Source: the human T2T-CHM13v2.0 reference genome, Homo sapiens. Taken from it: a stretch of 64,000 nt of DNA. Under the pieces are notes generated by a model. It worked only from the letters and a program-made list of their open reading frames with translations. It was not told where the DNA came from and searched no databases. Of the stretch, positions 1 through 36,647 are shown in pieces. The stretch lies in NCBI RefSeq assembly GCF_009914755.1, contig NC_060942.1. One strand, 5' to 3'. Position 1 is the first letter of the stretch; every line of letters starts with the position of its first letter. The translations under genes and the position numbers were made by a program.

Positions 1-154
1 TGCACCACCACACCTAGCTAAGTTTTAAATTTTTTGTAGAGATGGGGGTCTCACTTCATTGCCCAGGCTAGTCTGGAACTCCTGAGCTCAAGTGATCCAC
101 CTGCCTTGGCCTCCCAAAGTGCTGGGATGACAGACGTAAGCCATGGTGCCCGGG
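1..154 (-). mobile_element. Alu left arm, cut by the window edge
   Basis: ctcccaaagtgctgggat...gcccgggc antisense Alu head. Confidence 0.9.
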
Positions 155-399
155 CAATCTATGCAATACATTTTTAAATATGTATGTTATAGAAATATGT
201 TACTGAACATAAAAAAAATAGAAAATAAAGCTATCCATAGCCTGCTATTCTAACATACCCTGCAAAATCCCTTTGAAGTTTTACTGTGTAATATAAAATA
301 GGTATCATAGCACATGTGCAATGCACTGTGCTAAGAATCTTCTATACATAATCTTATTTAGTCCTTATAACAATCCTGAGATGTATCTCCATTTTACAT

Positions 400-1780
400 G
401 CACAGCTTGAACACATTGCTAGTTTAGTTCCAGACCACTGCAATATTGCTGATATTGTAATAAAATGAGTCACACAAAGTTTTTGTTTTCCCAGTGCATA
501 TAAAAGTTATGTTTCTACTATACTGTAGTCTATTTAGTGTCAAGGCTGGGTGCAGTGGCTTATGCCTGTAATCCCAGCACTTTGGGAGGCCTAGGTGGGC
601 AGATTGCTTGAGACCAGGAGTTCAACACCAGCCAGGGCAACATGGCGAAATCCCGTCTTTACAAAACATACAAAAAAAATTAGCCGTGTGTGGTCCCAGT
701 TACTCAGGAGGCTGAGGTGAGAGGATAGCTTGAGCTGGGAGGTTGAGGCTGCAGTGAGCCGTAATTGCGTCACTGCACTCCAGCCTGGGTGACAGAGTGA
801 GACCCTGTCTCAAAACAAACAAACAAAACTTTACTGCTAAAAAATGCTAAGGATCATCTGAGCTATCAGTGAATCATCATCTTTTTGCTGGCAGAGGGCT
901 TGCCTTAATGTTGATGGCTGCTGACTGATCAGAGCGGTGGATGCTAAAGTTTGGGGTAGCTGTGGCAATTTCTTAAAATAAGACAATAATGAAATCTGCC
1001 ACGTCGATTGACTCTTCCTTTCATGAAAGTTTTCCCTGTGACATGCAGTGCTGTTCAGCATTTTACCCACAGAAGAACTTTCAAATTTGAATTTCTTTCA
1101 AAATTAGAGTCAATCCTGTCAAATTCTGCTGCTGTTTTATCAACAGTTCCATAGTTTATGATATTCTAAATCCTTTGTTGTCATTCAACAGTGTTCACAG
1201 CGTCTTCACCAGGAGTAGTTTCCATCTCAAGAAACCACTTTCTTTGCTTATCCATAAGAAGCGACTCCTTGCCCATTAAAGCTTTGTCTTGAGATTGCAG
1301 CAATTCAGTCACATCTGTGGGCTCCACTTCTAATTCTAGTTCTCTTGCTATTGCCACCACACCTGCAGTTGTGTCCTGAACTCAAGCCTTGAACCCTTGT
1401 GGGAAAAGACTTGTTGCCAGAGCAGTCAGAATACACAAAACATTGGAGTTAGCTGTTTTACACGGGGGTGGTTAGTGGCACCCCAAAACAACTAAAATAG
1501 TAATCATAGATCACTGGAACAGATATAATAGTATTTAAAAAGTTCAAAATATTGTGAGAATTACCAAAATGTGACACAGAGACACGAAGTGAGCACATGC
1601 TGTTAGAAAAACAGAACTGATGGACTTACTAACCCAGGGTTGCCACAAACCTTCAATTTATATATATATATATATAAATATATATAAATATATAAATATA
1701 TATAAATATATAAAAATATATAAATATATAAAAATATATAAATATATATATATAGAACGCAATAAAATGAGGTGTGGGTG
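400..1780 (-). mobile_element. Internally deleted Tigger1 DNA transposon, interrupted by an Alu (544-830) and an AT microsatellite
   Basis: Resembles the recalled Tigger1 consensus at both ends (gttccagaccactgcaat...gagtcacaca; gcaataaaatgaggtgtg) and the reverse complement of the copy at 13384-16662. Confidence 0.8.
1659..1754. repeat. AT-rich microsatellite, (TA)n / (TATATAAA)n
   Basis: Directly visible. Confidence 0.95.
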
Positions 1781-1864
1781 AAAAGAAAACTGAGGTTTGC
1801 AGACATCATACAGCTAGCTAGTAACAGCTGGGTTTCAAAACACCTCTGACTTTACAACCACTAA

Positions 1865-2950
<1,086 letters not shown>

Positions 2951-3766
2951 GACCGCCCCTTTGGTACCAGTTTTAGTTTTGTCCCGAGGCAGATTGTAAA
3001 CCTTTTTGCTTCGTTTTCGTTTCATCAAACGTTGCACTGGATTTCTGTATCCGAAACGTGGTGTGAGCTTTCAGAAGTAGATGAATACACATATCCCCGG
3101 GGTGTCATTTCTTGATTGGCGTTTGACAGGGGCTTGTATTGTTTGCTTGCTGACAGTCCAGGGTACTGGCCAGGGATCACTTTTACTTAGGGAATGGACC
3201 TTGCTGCTCCCTAGCCTTATTCAAAATGGCACCTAAAATATGTGTGGTGTCTCCAATTGGCTGTAGGTGTGTGATTCGTTGACCATCCCTGTTTATTCTG
3301 TTACAGTTCCTTTATTGAAGATTCAGCATTTACAAAGCATGATACGAATCAAGAGTATTGTTTGATCTCAAGGTGGATTCTTGATGGTCTAGAATCTTGA
3401 ATCGAATTCTTAATGATTGCCCAACCCCTTTCTAAAGCCATAACAACAGTAGAATGGCTCTTGAAATATTCTAATACTTAAACACACCAGTAGATTCACA
3501 CACATAAAACAAAACCCCTCTGTTTCCTCAAAATGCCAGCGCTGACCAGAGTTTCTTTTTTAAAATTTGAGCTTTATCTTAAATATTTAATCAGATCTTT
3601 TCCTCATCCCCCAAATGAAGGAACTCAAGTAGATTTCTAAGGTCCCTTCCTTTGACCTCTCCATATTGAGAATCTGTATTTTGAGGGTCAGCAAAAAGCT
3701 CTATATTAAAATGAAGAGAACATTTTAAGTACTATTTCATAAGATTTAGTAGAAAATTAAGTATCT

Positions 3767-6823
<3,057 letters not shown>

Positions 6824-7054
6824 GCTGAAGTCTCAGTTTCTTTAACTATGAAATGAGAAGTTAGGTTTGATCCAGTGAAATTTTATTCAGCACCTACTGC
6901 ATGCATGCTCCTCTTGATTAGGTAAGTGTTATGGGCATAGAAAGATGAATGACATGTTTTGACTCCCGATAACTGCCTAATTGGTGATCTTCTAAGGGTC
7001 TGTAAATCTTGTCTTGTTATTTTTTAATTAAAAAAATTGTGATTTTGTTTGCAG

Positions 7055-7200
7055 TTACTGTAAAATGGGGAAAGGAGAAATTTGAAGGTGTAGAATTGAA
7101 TACAGATGAACCTCCAATGGTATTCAAGGCTCAGCTGTTTGCGTTGACTGGAGTCCAGCCTGCCAGACAGAAAGTTATGGTGAAAGGAGGAACGCTAAAG
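7055..7200 (+). CDS. USP14: USP14 exon 2 (UBL domain, VTVKWGKEKFEGVELNTDEPPMVFKAQLFALTGVQPARQKVMVKGGTLK)
   Basis: tttgcag acceptor, gtaaaa donor, 146 nt, frame continuous with exon 1. Confidence 0.97.
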
Positions 7201-7439
7201 GTAAAATGTAGTCCAAATTTTCATCACATTACTATTATTGTATACTTTTTGAAAAATAACGCCAGAAAATTATTTAATTTTAATGTAGCATTTGAAGTGC
7301 TTTTTTTATATGATGAGAGTATGTCAGCTATGGTGTTAAAACTGTCTTATGCCTGTTAGAGTAAGGGAGAAATATTGTAGCTGTTTGACAACACTATATG
7401 GTATTATAAAAACATCGTTTTAAAACTCTTTTTACTTTT

Positions 7440-10425
<2,986 letters not shown>

Positions 10426-10533
10426 TAGGATAAATTTTATTCTGTTTTGAAGTACATTAAAATAAATTGATTATTAGATTGTGTTCAGCTTGTACAGTGG
10501 TGGTTAAATGTCTTTTGTTTGTCTTTGAAACAG

Positions 10534-10566
10534 GATGATGATTGGGGAAACATCAAAATAAAAAAT
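10534..10566 (+). CDS. USP14: USP14 exon 3 (DDDWGNIKIKN), 33-nt small exon
   Basis: aacag acceptor, gtaagt donor, in frame. Confidence 0.95.
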
Positions 10567-10619
10567 GTAAGTATTATCTTATGAACGTTTATTATAATGC
10601 AGTAACCTCATTATGATAC

Positions 10620-13300
<2,681 letters not shown>

Positions 13301-13767
13301 TGGGATGTGCAGTTCTCAAATTTCTTGGTTTTGTGACCCTTTTGCCCTCTTAAATATTATGATTGACCCCAGAGTTTCATATAAAGGCACACCTCATTTT
13401 ATTGTGCTTCACAGATAATTGTGATTTTTATAAGTTGAAGGTTTGTGGCCACCTTGCATCGAGCAAGTTTATAGGCACCATTTTTCCAGCAGCCTATGTT
13501 CACTTCATGTCTCTTTGTCACATTTTGGTGATTCTTGCAATATTTGAAACATTTTCATTACTCTCATGTCAAGTATGTTGATCTTTGATGTTACTTTTGT
13601 AATTGTTTTGGGGTGTCATGAATCACACCTGTAAGATGGCAAACTTAATCGACAAATGTGTCTTCTGACAGCCTCACCGACCCGCAGTTCCCTCCTCCCT
13701 CTTCTCGAGCCTCCCTATTCCCTGAGACAAGACAGTATTGAAATTAGGCCAATTAATAACCCTACAG

Positions 13768-14256
<489 letters not shown>

Positions 14257-14479
14257 TCAAAGGAAATTTATAATTTAAAAGATAAGTTCTTGAAGTGTTA
14301 CTGCAATGAACACACAAGTGATAAAGCAAAGCAGCCTTATTGCTGATATGGAGTAAGTTTAAGTGGTGTGGATAGAAGATCAAACTAGCCACAACATTTT
14401 CTTAAGTCAAAACCTAACCAGAGCAAGACCCTAATTCTCTTTAATTCTGTGAAGGCTGAGAGAGGTGAGGAAGCTACAT

Positions 14480-14756
14480 TGTCCTCATCAGACTAACACA
14501 GGAACAGAAAACCGAACACCGCATGTTGTCACTTGTAAGTGGGAGCCGAGCAATGAGAATACATGGACACAGGGAGGAGAACAGCACACACGGGGGCCTG
14601 TCAGGCAGTGGGATGTGGGGAGAGCATCAGGATAAATAGCTAATGCATGCTGGGCTTAATACCTAGGTGATGGGTCTATAGGTGCAGCAAACCACCATGA
14701 CACAATGTTTACCTGTGTAACAAGCATGCACATCCTGGACATGTACCCTGGAACTT

Positions 14757-14802
<46 letters not shown>
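14480..14802 (+). mobile_element. L1PA-type 3' end with poly(A)/(AT)n tail inserted in Tigger1
   Basis: ggacacagggag...aatacctaggtgatggg...gcagcaaaccaccatg...catgtaccctggaacttaaaa is a typical L1PA 3' UTR. Confidence 0.85.
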
Positions 14803-14809
<7 letters not shown>

Positions 14810-16699
14810 AGCTAGCAGAAGTTGGTTCACGAGGTTTAAAGAAAGAAGCAATCTCTGTAACATAAAAGTGCAAGGTGAAACAGTAAGTGCTGATGGAGAA
14901 GCTGCAGTAAGTTATCCAGAAGATCTAGCTAAGATTGTTGATGAAGGTAGCTACACTATACAACAGATTTTCAGTGTGGATGAAGCAGCCTGATATTGGA
15001 AAAAGATGCTGTCTAAGCCTTTCATAGCTAGAGAGGAGAAGTCAGTGCCTGGGTTCAAAGGCCAGACTGACTGTCTTGTTAGAGGCTAATGTAGCTAATG
15101 ACTTTAAGTTGAAACCAATGCTCGTTTACCATTCCAAAAACCATGGATCTCTTAAGAATGATGCTAAATCTACTCTGCCTGTGCTCTGTATATGGAACAA
15201 CAAAGCCCAGATGCCAGTACGTCTGTTTATAGTATGGAGTACTGAATATTTTAAGGCCACCATTGAGACTTCCTGCTCAGAAAGATTCCTTTCAAAATAT
15301 TACTGCTTATTGACAATGCATCTAGTCACTTAAGAGTTTTGAGAGACATAAACGAGATGAATGTTGTTTTCCTGTCTGCTACAACAACTATTCTGCAGCC
15401 CATGGATCAGTAATTTCTACTTTTATTATTTAAGAGATACATTTTGTAAGGCTAAAGTTTCCCTATAAAGTTATTTCTCCATGAATCTGGGCAAAATCAA
15501 TTAAAAACCTTCTGGAAAGGATTCACCTGAATTCTTGATACCATTAGGAGCATTCATGGGAGGAAGTTAAAATGAAGTCAGTATTTACCAGGAGTTTGAA
15601 AGAAGTTGATTCTAACCCTCATGGATGACTTTGGGGAGTTCAAAACTTGAGTTGAGGATACAACTGCACATGTGGTGTAAATAGGAAGAAACTAGAATTA
15701 GAAGTGGCCAGGCATGGTGGCTCACTCCTATAATCCCAGCACTTTGGGAGTCTGAGACAGGAGGAGAGCTTCAGGCTGGGAGTTTGAGACCAGCCTGGGC
15801 AACACAGTGAGACCCTGTCTCTACAAAAAATAAAATTAGTTGGGCATGGTGGTGTATACCTGTAGTCCTAGCTACTCTGGAGACTGAGGCAGTAGGATCG
15901 CTTAAGCCTAGGAGTTTGAGGTTACAGTGAGCTATGATTGTGCCACTGCACTCCAATCTGAGTGACAGAGTGAGACCCTGTATCTAAAAAACGAAAAAGA
16001 ATAGAAAAATGGAGCTTGAAATTGTGACTGAATTGCCACAATCTCATGATACAACTTGAACAGATGAGGAGGTAACTTATGGATGTGCAAAGAAAGTAAT
16101 TTCTTGAGATAGACTCTACTCCTAGTGAAGAAGCTGTGAATGTTGTTGAAATGACAATAAAGGATTTAAAATATTACGTAGGCTTACTTGATAAAGCAGC
16201 AGCAGGATTTGAGAGGTTTGACTCCAGTTTCGAAAGAAGTCCTACTGTGGATAAAATGCTATTAAACAGCACCGCAAGCTACAGAGAACTCTTTCATGAA
16301 AGGAAGTCAGTCAGCGTGGCAGGTTTCATTGTTGTCTCATTTTAAGCAATTACCCAGCCTTCAGGAACCAGTGCCGTGATCAGTCAGTAGTCATCAACTT
16401 GGAAACAAGACCCCCCACCTGCAAGAAGATCATTAACTGAAGGCTTAGATGATTGTCAGCTTTTTTTTTTAAGCAATAAATTATTTTAAAATTAAGGTAT
16501 GTGCATTCCTTTTTAGACATAATGCTGTTGCATACTTCACAGACTGATATAAACATGATGTTTGTATGCACTGGGGGAAAATTTTTGTGTGACTTGCTTT
16601 ATTGCGATATTTGCTTTCTCATGCTCTGGAACCCAAACTGTAATATCTTCAAGGTATCCCTGTGTTTTAATCTATGTAATACTCTTTTGTTGGATAGAA

Positions 16700-22062
<5,363 letters not shown>

Positions 22063-22679
22063 TGAATTTTATTAGTTGTAAGTTTGTTATGGAGAGAGAT
22101 AATGCCACTAAATGTTAATGATCATTTGAGGAATTCCCTCTGCTTCAATATTGTAAACATTATTAGGTGTTTTTATGGCAATACTTATTTTTTCCTTAAG
22201 CTTTATTCAGGTACAATTTATATAGAGTAAAATTCACCTGTGTTTGATGTACAGTTTGATGACTTTGGGCGATTCTATATTGTCATGTAACCACTACCAC
22301 AATCACGATTTAGAAGTTTCATCACGAAAAAGTTTCTTTGTACACCTTTGCCTTGGCCTCAAACAGCCACCCCAGTGCTTTTTACTTGTTTTAAACAATG
22401 CAGTGATTTTTAGTAGTGTATTTACAGAGTTGTGCAGCCTTCACCACAGTCTAATTTTAGAGCATTTCCATTACCCCAGAAAGAAACTTGTACCATTTAA
22501 GGTCACTCCCTCTCCCCATCTCCAGTCCTAGGCAGCAACTAATCTACTTTCTGCAGATTTACTTTTTTTGGCAAATAGAATTATGTTATATGTGTTCTTT
22601 TGTTCCTGGCTTCTTTTGGTTTGACATAAACATTACCAACTTTTAAGGATTTTCATGAAATTACTTTTTTTAAAAACAG

Positions 22680-22784
22680 GGAATGACTCTACTAATGATG
22701 GGGTCAGCAGATGCTCTTCCAGAAGAACCCTCAGCCAAAACTGTCTTCGTAGAAGACATGACAGAAGAACAGTTAGCATCTGCT
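22680..22784 (+). CDS. USP14: USP14 exon 4 (GMTLLMMGSADALPEEPSAKTVFVEDMTEEQLASA)
   Basis: aaaacag acceptor, gtaaga donor, 105 nt, phase 0/0. Confidence 0.96.
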
Positions 22785-23319
22785 GTAAGACACACCAGAT
22801 TTTATGTGTTTGATCACTACTTTTTGAAGGACCATTATTAAGGTGTCTTTCAGAAAGTAGCATCTGAATGTCTTGAAGACTTAATCATTAATACCAAGAT
22901 AGATATTTTTAGCAGTAAATAAGAGTTTTATTATTTTTGATTAGCTTAAGGGAGTCCTTCTGTAGTTAAATAAGGCACAGCTAGGGGTTTTTTTTTGTAT
23001 TGTACACCTTACTACTGGTTTTCAGACTTCCAAGTGAATTTACTTAGGCTTAACTTACATATATTTAGCTAATATCTGTAATAAATATGTTCCTGGCAGA
23101 TAGTACTATATAAGTATTTACTATTACTATTTTATGAGAAAACAGGGTCAAAGAGTAGTTTAAATGTTGGGATATTTAAATTTTTAAAATCCTTCATGTG
23201 GAAAATACATACATTTTATCCTGAATTTAAATGCAAAATCAGTTTAGAAACTGGTCAACACGTGTCAATTTTTTTTTTAACACCTAGCATTTATTTAGTG
23301 CCATTCATTCATTTTCATG

Positions 23320-23648
23320 GTTTTTTTTTTTGCTTTTTTTTTTTTTTTCCTTGAGATGGGGTCTTGCTCTGTCACCCCGGCTGGAGTGCAGTGGTATGAT
23401 CATAGCTCACTGTAACCTCAACTTCCTGGGTTCAAGTGATCCTCCCACCTCAGGCTCCTGAGTAGCGAAAATTGTAGGCGTGCACCATCATGCCCAGCAA
23501 ATAAAAAAAAAAATTTTTTTTTTTTTTTGTAGAGATGGGGTCTTGCCGTGTTGCCTAGGCTGATCTTGAACTTCTGACCTCAAGCAGTCCTTCCACCTCA
23601 GCCTTCCAAAGTGCTGGGATTACAGGTGTGAGCCACTGTGCCCAACCT
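23320..23648 (-). mobile_element. AluJ-type element in intron 4
   Basis: Antisense dimeric Alu with T tail. Confidence 0.9.
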
Positions 23649-23982
23649 GTTATTTTGCTTTTTGTTTTGAAGTGTTTCTTTGCATATTTTGCCTATTCTC
23701 TTCTCTTGATAAACCTGCAAAAAAGGCAAGACTAGTATGATTATTCTCTTATTATATTTAAGAAGGAAACTAAAACATAATATGATGGCCAGCATGATCC
23801 AAGTAAACTTTTTTTTGGGGGAAATAAAACTGTTTCTTTAGCGTGAAGGCAGAATATAAATTGGTAGAAGCTAGTAAATGGTACTTGATTCAAAATGAGA
23901 ATTTTAGTGATTTATATATGCCATGTCATTTTGTAAAAATGGTTTAATGATTTAATCCTTTTTTTTTTTTTTTTCCAACTAG

Positions 23983-24087
<105 letters not shown>

Positions 24088-24169
24088 TAAGACTGCAGTC
24101 TTTTTTGGGTAAGGGATGTTCACATTTGGATGAGTAGTATTGTTTTGTTTTGCTTTCTTTAGCATCTTA

Positions 24170-25845
24170 ATTGAGATATAATTAATTTATTATACAATTC
24201 AGCATTTTAAAGTGTTTAATGCTTTTTATAGTATTTACAAGTTTGTGCAACCATCACCACCATCGATTTTAGGACATTTTCCGCCCCCTCCAAAAGCAGT
24301 GTCGTACTCACTGGCAGTCACTCCTTTAACCCCTTCACCCACCTCTAGCCCTAGCCAACCGTTCATCTACTTTCTGTCATAGATTTGCTCATTCTGGGCA
24401 TTTCATGTAAATTGAATCGTATAATATGTGGCCTTTTTGCGGCTAACTTCTTTCATTTGGCATGTTCCCATGGTTCATTCAGGTTACAGCACACGTAACA
24501 CCTCATTCCTATTTTATGGCTGAATAGTATTTCATGGTTCACTCACGTTACAGCACACGTAACACCTCATTCCTATTTTATGGCTGAATAGTATTTCATG
24601 GTTCATTCACGTTACAGCACACGTAACACCTCATTCCTATTTTATGGCTGAATAGTATTTCATGGTTCACTCACGTTACAGCACACGTAACACCTCATTC
24701 CTATTTTATGGCTGAATAGTATTTCATGGTTCGTTCATGTTACAGCACACGTAACACCTCATTCCTATTTTATGGCTGAATAGTATTTCATGGTTCATTC
24801 ATGTTACAGCACACGTAACACCTCATTCCTATTTTATGGCTGAATAGTATTTCATTTTATGGATATATCACATTTTATTTATCCATTCATTTTGTTGATG
24901 GAAATTTGAATTGTTTCTCCTTTTTGGCTGTTATGAGTAATGCTGCAGTGAACATTCATGTTTTTTGTGTAGATGAACGTTTTCATATAGTAACTCTATG
25001 TTTAATGTTTTGAGGAACTGCCACAATGATTTTCCAAAGTGACGGTACCATTTTACATTCTCACCAGCAATGTGAGAAAATTGCCAATATTGTCTGTCTT
25101 TGATTAAGCCATCTAGCGCTATGAAGTGTGGTATCTCATTGTGGTTGTCATGCACATTTTTTTTAGTGGCTAATGATGTTGGGCATCTTTTCATGTGCTT
25201 ATTGGCCATTTGTATATCTTCTTTGGAGAAATGTCTGTTTAAATCTTTTGCCTGTGTTTTAATTGGGTTATTTGTCTGTTTAAAAATTCAATTGTGTTTT
25301 TACATATATACAAGTTCCTTACCCAATGGATAATTTGCAAATCTTTTCTTCTATACTATAAGCTGTCATTTTACTTTCTTTTTTAAAATTTATTTTTTTC
25401 CTAAGTCTGTTGTATGCAGTCTCCTTTTACTTTTCTTGATGGTACGTTTGTAATGCAAATGTTTTTTAATTTTGATGTAGTTTAATCTTAATTTTAATTT
25501 TTTCTTTTATCACATATGCTTTTGGTTTCATATGTAAAAGCCATTGTCTAATTCTAGGTTACAAAGACTTACTTCTTTGTTGTTTTTCAAGAGTTAATAT
25601 ACTTTTAGCTCTTCTATTCAGGCCTGTGGTTAATTTTTATGTATGGTGGGAGGGAGGGAGGTATTTGCCTATTATTTTGCATGTGTATATCCAGTTCTTC
25701 CAGTATCATTTGTTGAAGGCTATTGTTTCCCCACTGAATTGTCTTAGCACCTTTTTTGAAAGTCAGTTGACCTTAATGTATAGGTTCATTTCTGGACCCT
25801 GGATTCTTTTCCATTTATATATATGTCTATCCTTATGTCAGTCAG
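24170..25845 (-). mobile_element. Old L1M(B-like) 3' end and ORF2 remnant
   Basis: [14 protein letters not shown] remnant in the ORF track (24931-25209); typical L1M 3' end motifs. Confidence 0.8.
24469..24855. repeat. Minisatellite, 6 copies of a 64-bp unit inside an old L1 3' end in USP14 intron 5
   Basis: Unit catggttcaytcaygttacagcacacgtaacacctcattcctattttatggctgaatagtattt; copies start at 24469, 24533, 24597, 24661, 24725 and 24789. Confidence 0.96.
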
Positions 25846-28216
25846 TACTGGTTTCAAAAAAGAAAGAACATTTTGTTTTTATACCATCGTATGAAAGGAA
25901 AAGAGTAAAGAATTAATTACAAATGTTTTGAGAACCTGTAAAATGGTCTACAAATAAGGGCCCTTTCTTCCGGTGAGTATAAGTGTAACTTAAAAAATAT
26001 GTAACTTAATTCTGACTAAATTTATACAACTGTCTTGATACATAAATTGTCAGTTCTTTATGATAGAATTCTGAACTACAATTTGGATTCTAGACAGCTT
26101 TATGAATATTGATTTTTGTTTTTTCCCCTCAGTCTATTGTGAAATGTTGTGATAGAACTGAGCAGAAGAGAAGGGAGAGAAGGAGTGTGCAAAAATCTGA
26201 AAGAGTGACTTTAAAGGTTTTCTACATTTCTCTGAAGCGAATAGTTGTCAGGTATTTATGAGAAATTGCATAGATTGCAGCTGATATATTATCAGTGAAC
26301 AAGACACAGTATCTGTCTTCAAGGCACCTACAGTCTAATAGAGAAAGACTATCAAGTAAACAGGTACTGTTTCAGAACTGCTTTGATGGGAAATGTAGGC
26401 TGCTATGAGAACATCTAAGGGAGTTCATCAGGGGTATCTGAGGATAGTTTGGGAAGACTTCTTAGAGTAACTGGTATTTAAACAGTTAGGTGTTATCCCA
26501 GCCTGGATGAGAGGTTAGGGAAGTGTGAGAGTGGACTGGAGGAAAGAGTTTTTAAGCAACAGTCTGGAGGCAGGAGACTGCAACATACTCAGTGCAACTG
26601 CCTGGAGAAGGATGGATGTAGAAACGGTGATAGATGGGAGATTAGCAGGGGCCAGCCAGAAATCTTGAAGTCGTTTTTAAGAAGTGTGGACTTCGTGTTG
26701 TGGGCGAAGAGAAACCATTGGAAGATTTTAAGCAGAGTACTGACATTCAAATTATCCTCTGAATTCTAGGTAGCTAAGATTATTATTTTATTCTTCAACA
26801 GTTTTTATTTTAATTTTGCTTAAAAAATTGCCTGGTGAATCTTACTGTGTCTTTTATATATATCCCAAAATATTGCTTTATTTTACCCTTTCCTCTTATC
26901 CTTGGATGATAATATTGCTTGGAGCAAGAGTCTAGGTCAAAGCCATTTTTCCTCAGTGATTGGTAGTTATTTGTCCACTATTTTTGTGTGTCCATGCTTA
27001 CTGATGAGAGGTCTGATATCAGTCTTGATTTTTATTCTTTTCTGTTAGTAGCTTTTAGGGTTTTCTCTTTTTTTTTTTTCTTTCCCCCAGTTTTCCAAGA
27101 ATGTGAGACTGTGGGTTTTATTTATCTTATAAAAGTACTCAGTGAGCACTTTTAGTCTGAGGACTCTTGTCGCAAACTCTAGGACATTTCTTGGTCATTA
27201 TTTCTTTAGGTACTGCTTCTCCTCCACCTGGTTTCTTATACATATTAAAATTTCTAGATCTGTTTTTTAGTCTTCTAACTTTCCTCCGTGTTTTAAATTT
27301 TTATAATTTTTATGTGATGTGCTCTAGGAAAATGCCTCAGTTCTGTCTTACATTTTACTGATTCATACGTCTACTTTGTTTCACTGCTTACTTATCATGA
27401 CCTTCTGTTCTTTTTTATAACTCCTTATTCTTAATTTTTGGATCTAAATCCTGCTTTTATTTTTCTGAGGCTCTGAAGTATTTTTATTTAAAGGTTTTTT
27501 TTTTTTTTCCTTGTTGTTTGGCCTTTTAACTCTGTTCTTTTTGGATGTAAGGGTTGTTCTTCCCTCATTTGTTTAAAGGTTGTGTGCTCATATCATGCAA
27601 CCATATTCTCTTCCTTATGTCCCAGTTGCAAATTATCTGAATAGGTAGTTTGCTGGGGTAGCTTTCTGGCTAGCACCCTTGGGAGTGGCTGATGGAGATA
27701 GCCTTGGCTCACTTCCAAGATTTCCTCTTTACTGTTTTCTTCTTGGATGCCTTTTAGCCTCTGTTCCTGAGAGAGTGCTCTTTTATGTTTTGGAAAGAGT
27801 TCTGTGTAAGCAGGGGAGATTTCATCCTATGTGGTTCTATTTTCCTGAAACCAAAAGAAGTATTTTTTGTTTTTCCTTTTTTTAAAAAAATAAAAGTGAA
27901 AGTTACTTTTTTCGCTTTTTGGTTTTTATTTTTAGTATTTTTTCTTTTTTTTGTACAGCAACCTCTGATGCCAAACAAAAGAAGTAGTTTTTGAATTCTA
28001 AATTTTCTCAAGAGAGTGCACTTACTAACGTAATTGATACAAGATGTCATGGATGGTGGTATGTCTTTGGAAAAATGGCACTAACTGATAAAACAAGAAT
28101 GAAAGAACAGAAAAACATTCCACGAGAGGTGTTTTACAGCTGGAGATGAGGAAGACCATCCTCACAAATACTTAGCAGAACTTGTCTTTGGCAGGTTCTA
28201 TAGAGTGGGAGGTATG

Positions 28217-36335
<8,119 letters not shown>

Positions 36336-36588
36336 TGTTCGTTTTATATGAGTTTGACAAAGGGAAAGAGCTTAAAGTAGGCTCCATCTAAATTCCCTTT
36401 TCAGCATTCCTTTTTTTCTCCATATTTCTGGTCATGCAAGACCAGAAGAGAAGAAAAGGAAAGGTGGGAACAACTCTGAGAAACTTGCAGTTGAGGGTGT
36501 CATAAGAACTCCTTTTAACTGGTTTCTTCCCATTTGAGTGTTAGAATGAATTGAATTCTATTGTTTAACTCGGCTTTAATGTTCCTAG

Positions 36589-36647
36589 GTATGCAGGTGC
36601 CTTGAGAGCTTCAGGGGAAATGGCTTCAGCGCAGTATATTACTGCAG
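36589..36647 (+). CDS. USP14: USP14 exon 6 (RYAGALRASGEMASAQYITA)
   Basis: cctag acceptor, gtttgt donor, 59 nt; restores frame between exons 5 and 7. Confidence 0.95.

Noticed and set aside
15076-16345. Possible domesticated Tigger transposase gene
   Set aside because: The frame is broken by stops, frameshifts and Alu/L1 insertions; only short remnants remain.
24469-24855. CRISPR-like array with a palindromic core
   Set aside because: Head-to-tail 64-bp duplications of L1-derived sequence with no spacers.
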